From a virus (Duplodnaviria > Heunggongvirae > Uroviricota > Caudoviricetes): a DNA stretch of 64,000 bases. Shown piece by piece: positions 11,028-19,679 of this stretch. How positions within the stretch are numbered: position 1 is the stretch's first letter; each line of letters opens with the position of its first letter. The stretch lies in the IMG/VR virus record IMGVR_UViG_3300009744_000018, one strand, 5' to 3'. Under the pieces are notes generated by a model. The model had not been told where the DNA came from, ran no database searches, and worked only from the letters and a program-made list of their open reading frames with translations. A program made the translations under genes and the position numbers.

Positions 11028-11858
11028 ATGTTTTCTCATATTTCAGGTGTAGAAATAGCTTTCCACAGCCAGTGCAATAGAAAATGCGAGTGGTGCCCAA
11101 ATAAATATATAGATAGAACTTTTTATAAAGAGTTTGATGAAGATATTTTTCTAAAATTATTAAGTGATTTAAAGGAAAACGGCTTCGGAGAAAAAGACTC
11201 TTCTACAATATCTATTTCAAGATTTCATGAAGCATTTATTAATCCTGAGCTTGCAAGAAAAAGGTCAAAGCAAATAAAAAAAATACTTCCAGATGTTCAT
11301 CTACTTATCAAATCTAATGGTGATTTTATAACAAAAGAAAACATAAAAGATATACCATTTGATAGGTTAAACATAATGGACTATGACGGTGTTGGAAGTG
11401 CAAGCTGTTTAATAAAAATAAATGATATAGGTTTTAATTTTGATTTTATAAGAGCTAAAAACTCATATATCCGCGCAAGGGATGAAAACTCAAGAATTAT
11501 TATATATAAATCTAACTGGAAGAGAAATGTAGAACTGGAGGATAGAGCTGGTTTATTAGACCCAAACTCAATAAATGATATGGAATGGATAAAGAAAGAC
11601 AAAAAAAGAAATAGATTTTGTGGAGAGCCATTTAATACAATTATTGTTGATTATGATGGAAGTGTAATGCCTTGCTGCCACATGAGGCATGATGCAAAAA
11701 AGCATCAAGAATTTATATTAGGAAATCTTCATGAAAAAAGCATAGTTGAGATATATAAATCAGAAAAAGCTAAAAAAATAATGAAAAAATTCGAGAAAAT
11801 AAAAACTATGCCAGGAGTTTGCACTTATTGCCATAAGCCTGAAGGGGGTAACAAATAA
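11028..11858 (+). CDS. Radical SAM enzyme with twitch/SPASM-like domain (paralog 2)
   Basis: CxxxCxxC motif HSQCNRKCEWC, and a C-terminus MPCCHMRHDAKKHQEFILGNLHEKSIVEIY..CTYCH. The likely start is the ATG at 11028, just after the stop of paralog 1; the track's 10932 start overlaps the upstream gene. Confidence 0.6.
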   Translation: MFSHISGVEIAFHSQCNRKCEWCPNKYIDRTFYKEFDEDIFLKLLSDLKENGFGEKDSSTISISRFHEAFINPELARKRSKQIKKILPDVHLLIKSNGDFITKENIKDIPFDRLNIMDYDGVGSASCLIKINDIGFNFDFIRAKNSYIRARDENSRIIIYKSNWKRNVELEDRAGLLDPNSINDMEWIKKDKKRNRFCGEPFNTIIVDYDGSVMPCCHMRHDAKKHQEFILGNLHEKSIVEIYKSEKAKKIMKKFEKIKTMPGVCTYCHKPEGGNK

Positions 11859-11859
11859 A

Positions 11860-12732
11860 GTGTTTTCAAAAATAAAAAATCTAGAATTAGAATTTCACAG
11901 CCAGTGCAACAGAAAATGCGAGTGGTGCCCAAACAAAGATATAGACAGGACCTTCTACAAAGAGCTTGATGAAGATGTTTTTTTGAAGTTGTTAAATGAT
12001 TTAAAAAGAAACAAATTTAACTTATATAGAAATGCAACTGTTTATATTGCAAGATATCATGAGCCTCTCATAAATATAAAGCTTTTAAATAAAAGAATAA
12101 AGCAAATAAAAAATTTTTTCCCTTATATAAATATAGTTGTAAAAACTAACGGAGATTTTGTTGAAAAACTTGACTTAAAAGATTTTTATGCTACAAGGTT
12201 AAACATTATGGATTATGATTGCCTTGGTGCAGAAAAGGTGAAGAAAAAAATATCTGAGGCTGGTTTTAAAAATATTAAATACAACAAAAAAAATAAGCAA
12301 ATATTGTCAAAATCAAAATATGGAACTACAGCTCTATACAGAGTAGATTGGCCAAAACATGCACTTTTAGAAAATAGAGGAGGGCTTTTAAGTCAAGAAG
12401 AAGTAATTCATAATAGAACAAAATTAAAATGGAGAAAAAACAGAGAAGAGAGAACGGAAATCTGTACAGAACCATTAGATTCGATATATATAGACTACAA
12501 TGGCTCTGTTATGCCTTGTGCACACACAAGAAGTGATGCAGATTCTCACAAAGAATTAATACTTGGAAACCTTTATAAAAGCGATATAGATGATATATAT
12601 AAATCTAGTAGAACTAAAAAAATACTGGCCAAATTCAGTAATAAAAACTCTATGCCTCAAGCATGTAATAACTGCCACAGAAACACAGATGGAAAATCTC
12701 ATGCATCTAGTGTTAATGGATTAGTTTTTTAG
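11860..12732 (+). CDS. Radical SAM enzyme with twitch/SPASM-like domain (paralog 3)
   Basis: GTG start directly after TAA. CxxxCxxC motif HSQCNRKCEWC, and a C-terminus MPCAHTRSD..ILGNLYKSDIDDIY..CNNCH. Confidence 0.6.
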   Translation: MFSKIKNLELEFHSQCNRKCEWCPNKDIDRTFYKELDEDVFLKLLNDLKRNKFNLYRNATVYIARYHEPLINIKLLNKRIKQIKNFFPYINIVVKTNGDFVEKLDLKDFYATRLNIMDYDCLGAEKVKKKISEAGFKNIKYNKKNKQILSKSKYGTTALYRVDWPKHALLENRGGLLSQEEVIHNRTKLKWRKNREERTEICTEPLDSIYIDYNGSVMPCAHTRSDADSHKELILGNLYKSDIDDIYKSSRTKKILAKFSNKNSMPQACNNCHRNTDGKSHASSVNGLVF

Positions 12733-12743
12733 GAGGTGGTCAA

Positions 12744-12968
12744 ATGGCTAAATTTAACATAATGAACGAAAACGAAAACACTATTGTTATTTCAAAAGGT
12801 TACGAAAAATTAACAGATGAAAACGCTGAACTAGCAAGCGACCTAGACTACATTACAAAAGAAGAATTAATAGAGGCGGTTCATGTACTTGCAGCAGAAA
12901 TAAGTAAGCTAAAAGGAGAACCATTCGATATTAAATTTACTTATGAGAATAAAAAAAATAAACTTTAA
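12744..12968 (+). CDS. Small acidic protein (74 aa), unknown; candidate substrate or partner of the rSAM cluster
   Basis: Strong RBS (AGGAGGTGG) and an ATG 11 nt after the rSAM-3 stop. The protein is acidic and probably helical. Confidence 0.4.
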   Translation: MAKFNIMNENENTIVISKGYEKLTDENAELASDLDYITKEELIEAVHVLAAEISKLKGEPFDIKFTYENKKNKL

Positions 12969-13027
12969 GTTTTATGTTTAGTAATGTTTGATAAATAAAA
13001 CTAAAAAAAGAAGGGAGGTGACTATAG

Positions 13028-13621
13028 ATGCCATATAAAGAAAACTTAATAATTGCAATTAGCGCAGGACATGGAGGAAAGGACGGAGGGGCTGTCGACC
13101 CTAAAGACAAAAAGTATGATGATGATATTTATGAAGATGAAATCTACACAGAAGAAAGCGAAAAGAACTTAAAGGCAGCAAAGATGCTTAAGAGTTTATT
13201 CGAACTAAAAACAGAGCACAAAGTAGTAATGATTAGGGATAAAGACGAATATGTAAAGCTTAGCGAAAGGTGCAATATAGCAAACAATGAAAAGGCAGAT
13301 TTGTTTATTTCAATCCATGCTAATGCAGCAGCTGCAGAGAGTGCTGAAGGCTTTGAGACACTTCATTACCCTACCAGTATTGGTGGTAAAAAGCTTGCAG
13401 GCTTAATACAAGGAGAAGTAATAAGGGACCTTAATCCTCGTGATAGAGGCCTTAAAGAAAGAAAGAACTTATACGTATTAAAAAACACTCATATGCCAGC
13501 AGTCTTGATAGAGATGGGTTTTATTACAAATATAGAAGAAGAAAAGAAACTAAATAACGATGACTACTTAAAGCTAATGATGAATGATGTAGTTAATGCA
13601 GTAAGAAGATACAACAGCTAA
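13028..13621 (+). CDS. N-acetylmuramoyl-L-alanine amidase (Amidase_3/CwlD-like), probable endolysin catalytic module
   Basis: Motifs ISAGHGG, FISIHANA and PAVLIEMGFITN, with a GGAGG-type RBS. Confidence 0.8.
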   Translation: MPYKENLIIAISAGHGGKDGGAVDPKDKKYDDDIYEDEIYTEESEKNLKAAKMLKSLFELKTEHKVVMIRDKDEYVKLSERCNIANNEKADLFISIHANAAAAESAEGFETLHYPTSIGGKKLAGLIQGEVIRDLNPRDRGLKERKNLYVLKNTHMPAVLIEMGFITNIEEEKKLNNDDYLKLMMNDVVNAVRRYNS

Positions 13622-13665
13622 AATTTTAATAGGGGGAGCATTTAAATAAAAAGGGTGACAAAAAG

Positions 13666-14289
13666 ATGAAAATAATAGCAGACGCAAAAACAAATCATAA
13701 TGGAAATATAGTATTCGCTAAAAAACTAATAGAGGAAGCCTTTATGGCAGGAGCAGATATTATATCCTTTGATGTTAAAGTTCCAGAGCTATCAATCACT
13801 AGAGATGATTGGTTTAAACTGATTGATACTCCCTGGGGCCAGATGCTCAATATAGATTGCGAGAGAAGATTACAGCTTAGAAAAAAAGAATTGAAAGAAA
13901 TAGATAAATATTCAAAAAAAGTTGGTATCAAATGGATGCCTAAAGTATACGACTCAAAAAGTTTAAATTGCATTTTACAGTTCGATATTCCATACATAGA
14001 GCTATGTCAAGGTTTTAAATTTAAAAAGGAACTAATTAAAAAAGCAAAAGAAAGTAAAGTTCATATATTATTACCTTCATCTGAACTTAAATTCTCAGAA
14101 GGGTGTGAACTTTCCTTGTACTTTGGTGAAAGATATGCAGAAAAATACGGACTCACCTTTTTAGCTAAAAATAACACTGAGGGTTTCGGCATTATTAAAA
14201 GAGGCCTTACTCTAGATAAAAATATGTGGACTAAAGAAGATAACAACCTTAACAAAACAGAGTTTAAGAATTTTATTTTAAACTTGTAA
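13666..14289 (+). CDS. NeuB/SpsE (sialic-acid-synthase family) N-terminal TIM-barrel-like protein, truncated or divergent
   Basis: The N-terminus KIIADAKTNHNGNIVFAKKLIEEAFMAGADIISFDVK resembles the NeuB/PseI start IAEIGxNHNGdlxxAkxLIxxAkxaGADavKFQ. It is only 207 aa and has no SAF domain. Confidence 0.3.
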   Translation: MKIIADAKTNHNGNIVFAKKLIEEAFMAGADIISFDVKVPELSITRDDWFKLIDTPWGQMLNIDCERRLQLRKKELKEIDKYSKKVGIKWMPKVYDSKSLNCILQFDIPYIELCQGFKFKKELIKKAKESKVHILLPSSELKFSEGCELSLYFGERYAEKYGLTFLAKNNTEGFGIIKRGLTLDKNMWTKEDNNLNKTEFKNFILNL

Positions 14290-14305
14290 AAGGAGGCAAA
14301 GATAA

Positions 14306-15001
14306 GTGGAAAAAGTAATGACTAAGATTAATGACGGCTTAATAAAAAATGAAGACTACAGGTTCAAAAATAAAGATAAATTAAAAAATAAAATAAAAGA
14401 GCTCGGCTTTGAAATAGAAGAAGCTCTGCCTGACATAGTTAATACAGATAAAAAGGAAGTTTACTATACATTTAATGAGTATAAAGTTGCCGACACCGAA
14501 AAGTACTTAAAAGTGTTAGATGAGCTTAAGATTGGTGATGTTATCAACCAGGAGATTAATAATAAGCTCTTTGATATTACAAGCTTAAGTTTCTTATCTT
14601 CGGTTTATTCAATTATATCTTACGATAAAAAAAGCGTAACCTTTTATTTATACAAAAAGGGCTTAAATAATGAACAACTCAACAAACTTAAAAGTATGAC
14701 TAATACTGATGATTTAGTTTTAAGCAGTTTTATTTTAGATAAAGCTTACCTTATAGGTGTTGATTACAATCTGGAAACAAACAAAATAGAAGATAATTTA
14801 AGACTTTATTTTACAGTAAACAGGGTAAAGTACGAAGATGTCTCAGAGCCTTTAACTGATGAGGACTTAAAAGAATTCGAAACAATATTAGATGAAAAAA
14901 TAAATGATATTAAAACTAATTTTGAAATAGAAAAAGAACTTGAAGCACTGGCAGTGGTTATAGAAAACGGAGCATTAAAACATTACAATTACTATTTTTA
15001 A
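14306..15001 (+). CDS. Hypothetical protein
   Basis: ORF with an RBS (AAGGAGG); no recognisable motif. Confidence 0.4.
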   Translation: MEKVMTKINDGLIKNEDYRFKNKDKLKNKIKELGFEIEEALPDIVNTDKKEVYYTFNEYKVADTEKYLKVLDELKIGDVINQEINNKLFDITSLSFLSSVYSIISYDKKSVTFYLYKKGLNNEQLNKLKSMTNTDDLVLSSFILDKAYLIGVDYNLETNKIEDNLRLYFTVNRVKYEDVSEPLTDEDLKEFETILDEKINDIKTNFEIEKELEALAVVIENGALKHYNYYF

Positions 15002-15015
15002 GGAGTGGAGAGGCT

Positions 15016-16125
15016 TTGGTAATCTTACAGGGGTTTTATTGGAACTGTCTTGAGAATTGGTGGGAGCATTTAGAGTATCTGGCTGAAGAGATAGCAAACA
15101 AGGGCTTTGATACAGTCTGGCTTCCACCTGTTTCAAAGGGCATGAATGGTTCTAACTCAATGGGCTATGATATTAAAGAACATTACAACTTAGATTCTAG
15201 GTTTGGTACTAAAGAAACACTCAAAAAACTAATAAATAAACTACATAAAGAAGATGTTAATGTCATGGCTGATTTAGTATTAGGCCATATGCTTGGAGGA
15301 GAGCTTGAGTATAATCCTTATTTTGATAAAAAAACATATACAAAATTTGAAGATGAATTATTTAAAAAAAATTACAGACACTTCTGTCACGAATGTGGAA
15401 ACTGTGACAGCCGCAACTCATTTGGAGAAACAATCTGTTATTCCTCTGATGATAAATATATGGCAGATGGTTTAATAAATTGGGCAAAATGGCTCAAAGA
15501 TGAGATAGGTTTCGACAGTTTTCGACTAGATAACATAAAAGATATGCGATGGGATTTTACAAAAGTATTCACACAATATTTTAAGCTTGACACATTTATG
15601 ATGGGCGAATACTGGGAAGGTGCAGATTCAAAACTAAATGAGGTTCACTCTTATAATCCAGACTTAAATTTATTAAATTTTCCCTTATTTTACAAATTAA
15701 GAGATATGTGTATGAATCCTGATTTTGATATCAGAAAACTTGAAGAAATAAACAAAAACAAAAGGGTTAATTTTCTTGCTAATCACGATATTGAAAGAAG
15801 AGAGAGAAGTTCAAATAAGGATGCAATCTCAGAGAAAAAAGAGCTTGCATATGCATATATATTCTTCCAGGACAATCCAGTTGTTGTTTTCTGGGATGAT
15901 TACTTTAGATATGAACTGAAAGACCAAATAGATACTCTTATCGGAGTTAAAAAGGAAACAGAAAAAGAGGGCCTTGAGATTATCAAATCAACATGTAACA
16001 TTTACCACGCTAAAAGAGGATGTTACGAACTAATAATCAACAACGGAGGCAACGCAGAAATGGTTCAAGGGTTTAAAATTGAGCCAAGGTCCTACATTAT
16101 CTTAAATGGGGGTGATAAGTTATAA
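15016..16125 (+). CDS. Alpha-amylase family glycoside hydrolase (GH13, plant/archaeal-type catalytic domain)
   Basis: TTG start with an AGGAGTGGAGAGG RBS. The start VILQGFYWN..GFDTVWLPP matches the amylase start VILQGFNWESW. The conserved regions are present: FRLDNIKDM (nucleophile Asp), GEYWEG (acid/base Glu) and FLANHDIER. Confidence 0.7.
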   Translation: MVILQGFYWNCLENWWEHLEYLAEEIANKGFDTVWLPPVSKGMNGSNSMGYDIKEHYNLDSRFGTKETLKKLINKLHKEDVNVMADLVLGHMLGGELEYNPYFDKKTYTKFEDELFKKNYRHFCHECGNCDSRNSFGETICYSSDDKYMADGLINWAKWLKDEIGFDSFRLDNIKDMRWDFTKVFTQYFKLDTFMMGEYWEGADSKLNEVHSYNPDLNLLNFPLFYKLRDMCMNPDFDIRKLEEINKNKRVNFLANHDIERRERSSNKDAISEKKELAYAYIFFQDNPVVVFWDDYFRYELKDQIDTLIGVKKETEKEGLEIIKSTCNIYHAKRGCYELIINNGGNAEMVQGFKIEPRSYIILNGGDKL

Positions 16126-16183
16126 TTCAAAAGGGGCTATCACAGGGGGGACATTAAATATGTCTAGGAGGTAACTTAAGAAG

Positions 16184-16564
16184 ATGGTAGAATTCACAAA
16201 ATTAATCTCAGTACTAGGAGACACACTATCAAACCCTTATCTCTACTTGATAGCTATGTTAGTTGGTGTAATCTATTCAATAGTCAAGGTCATGATTGAA
16301 AGAGAAAGAGAAAACTCAAAAGAAAAATCGGAGATGCTTGATAAAGTAATCTGTGATGCGGAAGAGACGAGAAAGCTCTTAACTCAGTCACAAAAAAACC
16401 AGACTAAATTTGCACATACATTAGAAGTGCAGATGGGAGAACACCGCCACGCAATTAAGGAGATAGCAACAGCTGTAGCGGAAATGAGAAAGGATTTAAG
16501 CGAGGTAAAGGTCGACTTAAAGGGAGAGATTGAAAGTATAAAAAAGGATATTGAGAGACGGTAA
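16184..16564 (+). CDS. Membrane protein (1 TM plus charged coiled-coil tail), possibly lysis-associated
   Basis: TM segment YLYLIAMLVGVIYSIVKVMI followed by a charged helical tail. Confidence 0.4.
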   Translation: MVEFTKLISVLGDTLSNPYLYLIAMLVGVIYSIVKVMIERERENSKEKSEMLDKVICDAEETRKLLTQSQKNQTKFAHTLEVQMGEHRHAIKEIATAVAEMRKDLSEVKVDLKGEIESIKKDIERR

Positions 16565-16609
16565 AGGCATAAAAAGGAGGTTAAAAAGGGGGTAAAAATT
16601 TAAATAGGA

Positions 16610-16855
16610 GTGGTCTTAATGGAAGAAAAAAGAGAGTTTTTAGACAGGGACCAGGATGGAGTAGATGACAGAGTGGAGAGAATTATAGATTATATCTTAG
16701 CCTTGGTGCTTCTTTTGATTACTGTGCCGGCTTTTTTCCTCAAGATGATTGATTTTGAAGATGTAAAAATTGTCTTTTATCTTGTTGTAGGTCTTTCCGG
16801 CGGGATGACGATGCTTAAAGGTATTTTAAAGGAACTGCTTAAGAACTTTAAATAA
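16610..16855 (+). CDS. Small 2-TM membrane protein (holin-like topology)
   Basis: 81 aa with two hydrophobic helices (ILALVLLLITVPAFF and IVFYLVVGLSGG) and a basic C-terminus. Confidence 0.35.
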   Translation: MVLMEEKREFLDRDQDGVDDRVERIIDYILALVLLLITVPAFFLKMIDFEDVKIVFYLVVGLSGGMTMLKGILKELLKNFK

Positions 16856-16875
16856 AAAAAAGAAGGTGCGAATTT

Positions 16876-17316
16876 ATGTTTAATAAAATAAAGGAAGCTT
16901 TGGTTTATATTCTATCAGGGATAGGTGCTGCTTTAGCATTTGTTTTCTTCAGTAAAAGTAAAGATAAAGAAGAGATAGAAAGAAAAATCAAAAGCAAAAA
17001 AGAAAAGGAAAAGAGAATTAGAGAAGAGGTAAAAATCAGGCAGGAGCAGCTAAAAAAAGACGCTAAGAAATATGACAAAGAGTTTGAGGATTCGATGCAG
17101 AAGACCAAAGAGATGAAAGAGAAGAGAGACTTAATTCAAAAACAGATTGAACAACAGAAAGAAAAAAATAGGGAAAAAGAAAAGGAAATTGAAACCCTAA
17201 AAAAGGAGCTCGAGGACGATGAGAATGCACCCGGAGAATTTGGCGACTCTGATGGCGACGCTGCTTATAGTTATATTATTGATAGTATTAATGATGATGG
17301 GAAGCCAGAAGGCTAA
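16876..17316 (+). CDS. Membrane-anchored K/E-rich coiled-coil protein
   Basis: N-terminal TM (ALVYILSGIGAALAFVFF), then a long KEKEK coiled coil. Confidence 0.4.
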   Translation: MFNKIKEALVYILSGIGAALAFVFFSKSKDKEEIERKIKSKKEKEKRIREEVKIRQEQLKKDAKKYDKEFEDSMQKTKEMKEKRDLIQKQIEQQKEKNREKEKEIETLKKELEDDENAPGEFGDSDGDAAYSYIIDSINDDGKPEG

Positions 17317-17803
17317 TGCTGAATCTGCAACAATAGTAGAACTAAGCAACACTATAAAAGCTCAAGAGGCAGAGATAGAAACTCTAAAAAAGATAATAGA
17401 AAGTAAAAAATATGATTTAACAGAACAGGAAGCTATTGATGTTGCAAATAAGATTAAATCTCTTGAAAATGAAGTATCGAAACTAAAAAGCATTGTAGCC
17501 AAACAGGAATCTTTAATAAAAGGATTAAAAAAGGAGAATGAACTCCAAGATAAATACATATTATCCTTAGAAGATGAAAATGACATGCTTAAAGTTTCTA
17601 TTAAAAACCAGAAAGAATCTTTTGACAGTGCAATAGCTAACGCCAATCAGGTGATAGGACTGCAGAAAGAGCAGCTAATGCTTAAAGACGATATAATAAA
17701 TGAACAGGAAAAGATGTATTCAATGAGCTTTATAGAAAAAATTGAGTACATAGCATTAGGTGTAGCCATTTATTCTACAGCTGATTTGTTAATAGAAAAC
17801 TAA
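17219..17803 (+). CDS. Membrane-anchored coiled-coil protein (start uncertain; the ATG at 17252 is an alternative)
   Basis: TM (LMATLLIVILLIVLMMM) then a coiled coil. It overlaps the upstream gene by 98 nt if the 17219 ATG is used (AAGGAG RBS). Confidence 0.35.
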   Translation: MRMHPENLATLMATLLIVILLIVLMMMGSQKANAESATIVELSNTIKAQEAEIETLKKIIESKKYDLTEQEAIDVANKIKSLENEVSKLKSIVAKQESLIKGLKKENELQDKYILSLEDENDMLKVSIKNQKESFDSAIANANQVIGLQKEQLMLKDDIINEQEKMYSMSFIEKIEYIALGVAIYSTADLLIEN

Positions 17804-17813
17804 ATAGAAATGA

Positions 17814-17848
17814 CAAAAGCCGCCCTTAAAAGGACGGCTTCTTTTTTT
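17814..17848. terminator. Bidirectional rho-independent terminator at the + / - strand switch
   Basis: AAAGCCGCCCTTAAAAGGACGGCTTCTTTTTTT is a GC stem with a loop and T-run. It sits between convergent genes ending at 17803 (+) and 17847 (-). Confidence 0.6.
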
Positions 17849-18164
17849 ATAGTAATGTTTTTATCTTTTTTAGAAATACCATAGCTGATTTATCCTGTTC
17901 TTCAACAATCTCTCCATTTTTAAACAATATAAGTTTCGGAAGTCCTTTTACGTTATACTCTTCAGCTAAAGCCTCAAAAGAGTCAACATCAACTGTGTAA
18001 ATATCAAACTTATCAGCATACTGGGCCATTAACCTTCCTTTAAGTTGCTTACACTTTCCACACCATTTAGCGTAAAAATCAACCACAACATGTTTGTCCT
18101 GATTGATAAAGTCCTCGAATTCCTCTACAGTTGTAATCTCTATCATTAATTTAATTCCTCCCAT
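17847..18164 (-). CDS. trx: Thioredoxin
   Basis: Active-site WCGKC motif (VVDFYAKWCGKCKQL); 105 aa. Confidence 0.8.
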   Translation of the reverse strand: MGGIKLMIEITTVEEFEDFINQDKHVVVDFYAKWCGKCKQLKGRLMAQYADKFDIYTVDVDSFEALAEEYNVKGLPKLILFKNGEIVEEQDKSAMVFLKKIKTLL

Positions 18165-18565
18165 TGTTTACTTTCACTATTAAAACTTTCTATTTTTAAA
18201 TTACTATCACTCATCCAGGCATCAACTTCTTTTTCTAGTTTCTTTTTATAGTCATCAACACCCTTTAGAGCATAGCTTGTTTTAAGCTTATGCCATTTTT
18301 TAAATTCATCTGTCTTTACAAGTCTTTCAAGTGCAGCCTTTTTATTCTTAGCCTGAGTCCTGTGGTTTCTTGACTCGGCCACAGCCCCTGACTCTTTATG
18401 TCTAATTCTGACACCAGTTTCTCGTGAGTTTTGGTTTTGTCCGCCCGGGCCACCAGAGCGAAAAGTCTCAATTTCTAAGTCGTTTTTAGTTACAGAAAAT
18501 AGAAGCTCCTTACTCATTGTTGTCATCATCCTCTTTTTTATAGTTTCTGCATTTACCCTTCTCAT
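18146..18565 (-). CDS. ArfB/ICT1-like peptidyl-tRNA hydrolase (RF-1 GGQ domain protein)
   Basis: GGQ motif in FRSGGPGGQNQNSRETGVRIRHKESG plus a basic C-terminal tail; ArfB-sized (139 aa). Confidence 0.65.
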   Translation of the reverse strand: MRRVNAETIKKRMMTTMSKELLFSVTKNDLEIETFRSGGPGGQNQNSRETGVRIRHKESGAVAESRNHRTQAKNKKAALERLVKTDEFKKWHKLKTSYALKGVDDYKKKLEKEVDAWMSDSNLKIESFNSESKQWEELN

Positions 18566-18636
18566 CTAAAAAAACTTCATCTGTCCAGCATTCGCCTAAA
18601 TCATGATATTCGCAATCAGATGCATCGCAATAAGCT

Positions 18637-18975
18637 CTAGGCATTATTATCACTCTTCAGGGCATAACCTAAAGCCTCATAAAAAGAGCAGCCACCATTA
18701 TAATACTTTGTTTCAAAGCTTATAGTTCCGTCATCGTTAAAATTAGATTCAAAGATATCATCATAATAAACATCTTCCATTTCAATCCGGTAGATAGTAT
18801 CATCGATAACAGCAAACTTCTTGTAAGCAGCTTCCAAAAACTGTTCTTCTAAGCTGTCATAATAGCTTTTAACCTCTGTAATACCAGCTACATCTTTCAT
18901 TTGTTCTTCAAGTGTCATACCTTCAGGCCTTGTCAAAGGCACTAACTGACCCTTAAAATGTACCATTTCACTCAT
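18637..18975 (-). CDS. Hypothetical protein
   Basis: ORF in a tight - strand operon; no motif. Confidence 0.4.
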   Translation of the reverse strand: MSEMVHFKGQLVPLTRPEGMTLEEQMKDVAGITEVKSYYDSLEEQFLEAAYKKFAVIDDTIYRIEMEDVYYDDIFESNFNDDGTISFETKYYNGGCSFYEALGYALKSDNNA

Positions 18976-19229
18976 TAAAATCCCTCCATATCAAACTCTT
19001 TAACTTCACTTTGGTTATAATCTCTAACTTTAATTAGATTTTCAATTGGTATTTTAGTCCACTTCATACCGACTCTATCGAAAGGGTCCTCGGCAGGGAC
19101 AACTACCTCAACTTCAGCCTTATCATTTTCTACTTTATTAACTTTAAACTCACAATTGTTATTGATTCCACGGCGTTCGAGCAGTCCTTTGTGATAGACA
19201 ATATCTCCTTTTTTAATCATCATCATCAA
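18975..19229 (-). CDS. Hypothetical protein
   Basis: Start/stop overlap with its neighbours. Confidence 0.4.
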   Translation of the reverse strand: MMMMIKKGDIVYHKGLLERRGINNNCEFKVNKVENDKAEVEVVVPAEDPFDRVGMKWTKIPIENLIKVRDYNQSEVKEFDMEGF

Positions 19230-19438
19230 CTCCCATTAATATCTACAGTATATACTCCATCATTAATGTATGCGTCTGAAATACATGTAAAAAGAACTCT
19301 GTCATTCTTATCAGATACAAGCATTCCATCTGGTTCATACATTTTAAACATATCATCTTTTTTTAAGTCTTTGAAGTTAACCTCTTTAAAAACGCCACCA
19401 TCTTCAAGACGAAAAACTTTTCTATTTATGTTGCTCAT
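19226..19438 (-). CDS. Hypothetical protein
   Basis: Overlapping-stop operon arrangement. Confidence 0.35.
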   Translation of the reverse strand: MSNINRKVFRLEDGGVFKEVNFKDLKKDDMFKMYEPDGMLVSDKNDRVLFTCISDAYINDGVYTVDINGS

Positions 19439-19679
19439 CCTTAAATCGGTCCTCCTCAGTATATCCGTAATAAAACCACAAAACAGTCATTATAATAAAT
19501 CTTAAATTATCTAAAAACCATGCAGTCCATGTATATGTATATTCAACATCTCTACCAAGCTCAAAAAGAGAGAGGAGAGCATATAAAACAACAGTTATAA
19601 GATATGCATAAATAGTGATATTCCATAGCTCGCCCTTAAACACCTTTATCTTTTTAACTCTCAAATTAAAACACCTCAA
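19422..19679 (-). CDS. Small membrane protein
   Basis: Two hydrophobic helices. Confidence 0.35.
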   Translation of the reverse strand: MRCFNLRVKKIKVFKGELWNITIYAYLITVVLYALLSLFELGRDVEYTYTWTAWFLDNLRFIIMTVLWFYYGYTEEDRFKDEQHK

